A program made the position numbers and the translations under genes. From Eledone cirrhosa (Eukaryota), in assembly GCA_964016885.1 (NCBI GenBank), contig OZ024744.1:35030001-35094000 (forward strand): DNA of 64,000 nucleotides, read 5' to 3'. The notes beneath the pieces are model-generated. The model saw nothing but the letters and a program-made list of their open reading frames with translations. It searched no databases and was not told the origin of the DNA. Below are positions 60,941 to 64,000 of this stretch, one piece after another (within the stretch, counting starts at the first letter, position 1; each line of letters starts with the position of its first letter).

Positions 60941-62871
60941 CAGTAGGGGCTAGTATTAAAACTATTCTAAAGGGCCACATGTTCAAATTTAATCAGAAAA
61001 TTTATACCCAGGATGATGTCAGCATAGCTAGCAATATTGCCAACCTCTTTATGGTATGGTGGGAAAAGACGCAGAGAACCCCATAACCCTCATGATGTAC
61101 TCTTATTATGTAGATGACATATGGCAGGACATATGTAATGCACCCCTACAAGGCAGTACGAATTGGAAACTAACACAATGGAGACCATCCAGCAGATAGC
61201 TAATTCCATACACAACTTGCCTTGCCTATGTACAAAGTGAAACCTACAGTCAGTAGGCACCTCTTAACCAAATATACACCCCAATCCACTACCCCTACCC
61301 TCCCACCAACACCACCCATTCTCTGTAAAGTTGGTACCACAACATCCAGTCCAAATAAATGAGATAATGAGATTGAGATCGTGTAGATATCACGATGAAA
61401 AAAAACACAGTCCACGCTGTAATGTGGCCGTGTAGGTAACACGGTAAAAAGTTCCCAGTTCCACACTGTAAATGTGGTTGGTGTTAGGAAGGGCATCCAG
61501 CCGTAGAAAACCTGCCAGATAGTCCTATATGAGTGAGACACAGTCACCCGACCAACCGACAACTCCCGTCTAACCCATGCTAGCGTTAAACGATGATGAT
61601 GATGAAGAGCATCACAGTAACTTTCGACTGCTCTACCAAACACCCTAACAATAGACTACCAGTATTAGACACTGAACTGTGGTTAAACACTATAAACGAG
61701 AAAGCCCAAATCCTCCAGTCACATTATGCTAAACCCATGGCCTCCAAATACCTTATACACAAAAACTCAGCAATGTCCAATAGTGCTAAGTTTAATATTC
61801 TGATCACAAACTTAGTAAGAGTGATGAAGAATGTGTCCAGCATGTGTGATCTAACTGAACTGAAAAGACACGTACAACACTTCATCTATTGCATGCAGTT
61901 CTCTGGCTACAACCAAAGAGATAGAATCAGGGTGTACAAAGGAGCCACGGAGAAATATAAGACCCTCATAGAGATGGGCATGAAAGGGATTTGCCCACTG
62001 TACAGGAAAGGGATTTGCCCACTGTAAATCATGGAATAGCATAGATAGGACTAGGCGAAAGATAGGGAAAGCCAACTCATGGTATGACAACCAGAGATAC
62101 CAGAGTGTCATGTTTGTGGATGCAACCCCTGGAGGTGAATTAGCTAACCAATTTAGAAAGGCCCTCTGAAAGACCCACTTAAAGATTGAAGTGGTAGAAA
62201 AGCCAGGAACTACCATAAAATCCCTGATCAGCAAAACTTACCCCTTTAAGAAAACCCACTGTATGAATAAGAAAGGTGTTATATGTAGAATAAATCCACA
62301 AATAAATTGTAAAACTAGAAATGTAGTCTATAGCATCAGATGTACAGAGGGTACTTGCAGAAACATGACAACGACATACATAGGAGAGACAGCCTTGAGC
62401 ACAGGGAGAGGGAATGAACCAACACTGGGGCGGAGACTAGAACGACAAAAAGACTGTTCGGTTCTATATGAACATGCCATACTAAGACACGATGGTAATA
62501 TAGACAACAGAAATTAAAATTATATCTAAACATAAAAATAACTCAACAGATAGGCAAATCAGAGAAGCAACTGAGATAGAGCTAAGAAAACCGAAGCTGA
62601 ACAGAAAAAAATTAATGGAACAACAACAATACACAAACACACAATAGTGACCTAAAATAAATATAAATAAATATACACAGGTACAATAACCAACCACACA
62701 TAAACACACACTAGTGAACTAAGATAGAATACAAACACACACACTCAGACACAAACAGACAACAATAAATAAATAAAATAGAATAAGTAAACATTACAAT
62801 ACAATGGGAGGAAACATAATAGTATCACTGATGATGTCACAGGTGTGTTATGAAAGAACTCTGAGAGACTA
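60941..62871 (+). mobile_element. Penelope-like element, decayed (RT C-half + C-terminal GIY-YIG)
   Basis: FKFNQKIYTQ, IANLFM, YVDDI, LPVLDTELW, KPMAS, FSGY, C..C..C, NVVYSIRC...YIGET; an RTE 3'UTR is inserted at ~61218-61604. Confidence 0.85.
62820..62871 (+). ncRNA. Minimal hammerhead ribozyme motif (degenerate), Penelope 3' terminus
   Basis: UAGUAUCA-CUGAUGA-U-GUCACA(GGUG)UGUUAU-GAAA-GAAC-UC^UGAGAGACUA, followed by (TA)n. Confidence 0.55.
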
Positions 62872-62904
62872 TATATATATATATTATAAAAATATTATAC
62901 ATAT

Positions 62905-64000
62905 ATTTTCGAAGGTATCTTAGCTCTTATGACGCTATTATTATTAATATTATTGCTGTATTATTTCGGATATTTACCACGCGGTATTCTAATCTATCGG
63001 TTATTTAAGTTTGTTAGCCTTGACGCCAACCCTCAGTGCCTACCTCACAATTTCCCTCACACCACCATAGCCTATTCGACCAATCAAACCTCAGCATGCC
63101 ATTTCTACGGCTGCTACTACTACTACCTAACTAACTCTCTCCTCCCCTGTCGCAGCCCAACACACCCTGCCATTATCCCACCACTACTGTTCTTCTAGCT
63201 CTCAATTTTCCCACCGTTATGGATGGATGAGCTGAGAATAAATTTGAGCAACTCTGAATCAATAGATGAAATATGAATCTGCGAGCTACCAAGCACCCAT
63301 GTGAAGCGCCAATCCAGAGACTCTTCCCTACGAGTGTCGACAAATGCCCAAAACTCCGAGTTGGTACCATCAATGTAGGCTCAATGAAAGGAAGAGCAGG
63401 AGAAATCGTAGAGATGCTAGAGCGAAAGGAAATTGATGTATGCTGTGTGCAAGAGACTAGATGGAGAGGAGAGTCTGCTAGAGTCCTTGTAGGAAAAAGT
63501 CGGTGCTACAAATTTTTCTGGGTGGGAAATGACGATGGGATGGGTGGTGTAGGTATACTACTAGCTGACAAGTGGGTAGATAAAGTAATCTCAGTGTACA
63601 GGGTAAATGCGAGAATCATTAAACTCAGACTGGTCCTGAATAAAACAATTACCACAATAATATCAGCTTACCTACCCCAATCGGGGTTGCCAGATGAACT
63701 TAAGGATAGGTTTTACGAGTCCCTAATGCACACAACTGCTCTAACAAACGACAATGACTTCCTAATCATCGCAAGAGACTTTAACGGACACATAGGTAAA
63801 CACTGCGACAGCTTCAATAGAGTACATGGAGGCCATGGGGTTGGCACAAGGAATGAGGAAGGATTCAGACTTCTAGAATTCTGCGACGCCAATGACATGT
63901 CGATATGTAACACAAACTTTAAAAAACCCGACAACCACCTGATCACCTATAGATCAGGGGAGCACTCTAGTCAGATAGATTTTATCCTCATCAGAGGACG
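62905..64000 (+). mobile_element. RTE family 1 copy, 5'UTR and start of ORF (runs off the window)
   Basis: 63030-64000 is the near-identical reverse complement of ~17890-18870. Confidence 0.95.
63273..64000 (+). CDS. RTE ORF N-terminus (APE endonuclease), open to the window edge
   Basis: ATG AAT CTG CGA GCT... with no stop before 64000; AYAP changed to AYLP and GDFN to RDFN. Confidence 0.85.
   Translation, partial: MNLRATKHPCEAPIQRLFPTSVDKCPKLRVGTINVGSMKGRAGEIVEMLERKEIDVCCVQETRWRGESARVLVGKSRCYKFFWVGNDDGMGGVGILLADKWVDKVISVYRVNARIIKLRLVLNKTITTIISAYLPQSGLPDELKDRFYESLMHTTALTNDNDFLIIARDFNGHIGKHCDSFNRVHGGHGVGTRNEEGFRLLEFCDANDMSICNTNFKKPDNHLITYRSGEHSSQIDFILIRG

Overview
AT-rich, transposon-saturated animal genomic DNA; it is not prokaryotic. 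The repeat repertoire (tRNA-derived CORE-like and Meta-like SINEs, very abundant RTE LINEs with (GAT)n tails) is what I would expect from a cephalopod such as Octopus, but that assignment is inference. The window lies inside one + strand host gene: six exons (4555-4622, 12590-12669, 26795-26828, 32213-33063, 51357-51395, 54554-54604) splice in frame into a low-complexity Ser/Asn/acidic polypeptide that I cannot name. The introns contain one full-length RTE LINE with an intact ORF (15500-18619, APE endonuclease + RT with a PHD-type finger inside the RT C-terminus), whose 5' end is a four-copy ~407-bp tandem monomer array ending in a hairpin. They also contain many truncated or inverted RTE copies, a second BovB-like RTE family, two Penelope-like elements, a decayed autonomous Helitron with nested non-autonomous Helitrons, an internally deleted piggyBac, MITEs, SINEs and a U6 3' fragment. 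The most notable non-coding signals are several minimal type I hammerhead ribozymes: 25208-25251 (in a 287-bp retrozyme-like unit), 29467-29502, and both inverted termini of a Penelope element. The RTE 5' monomer array and a ~700-bp tail-to-tail RTE palindrome also stand out.
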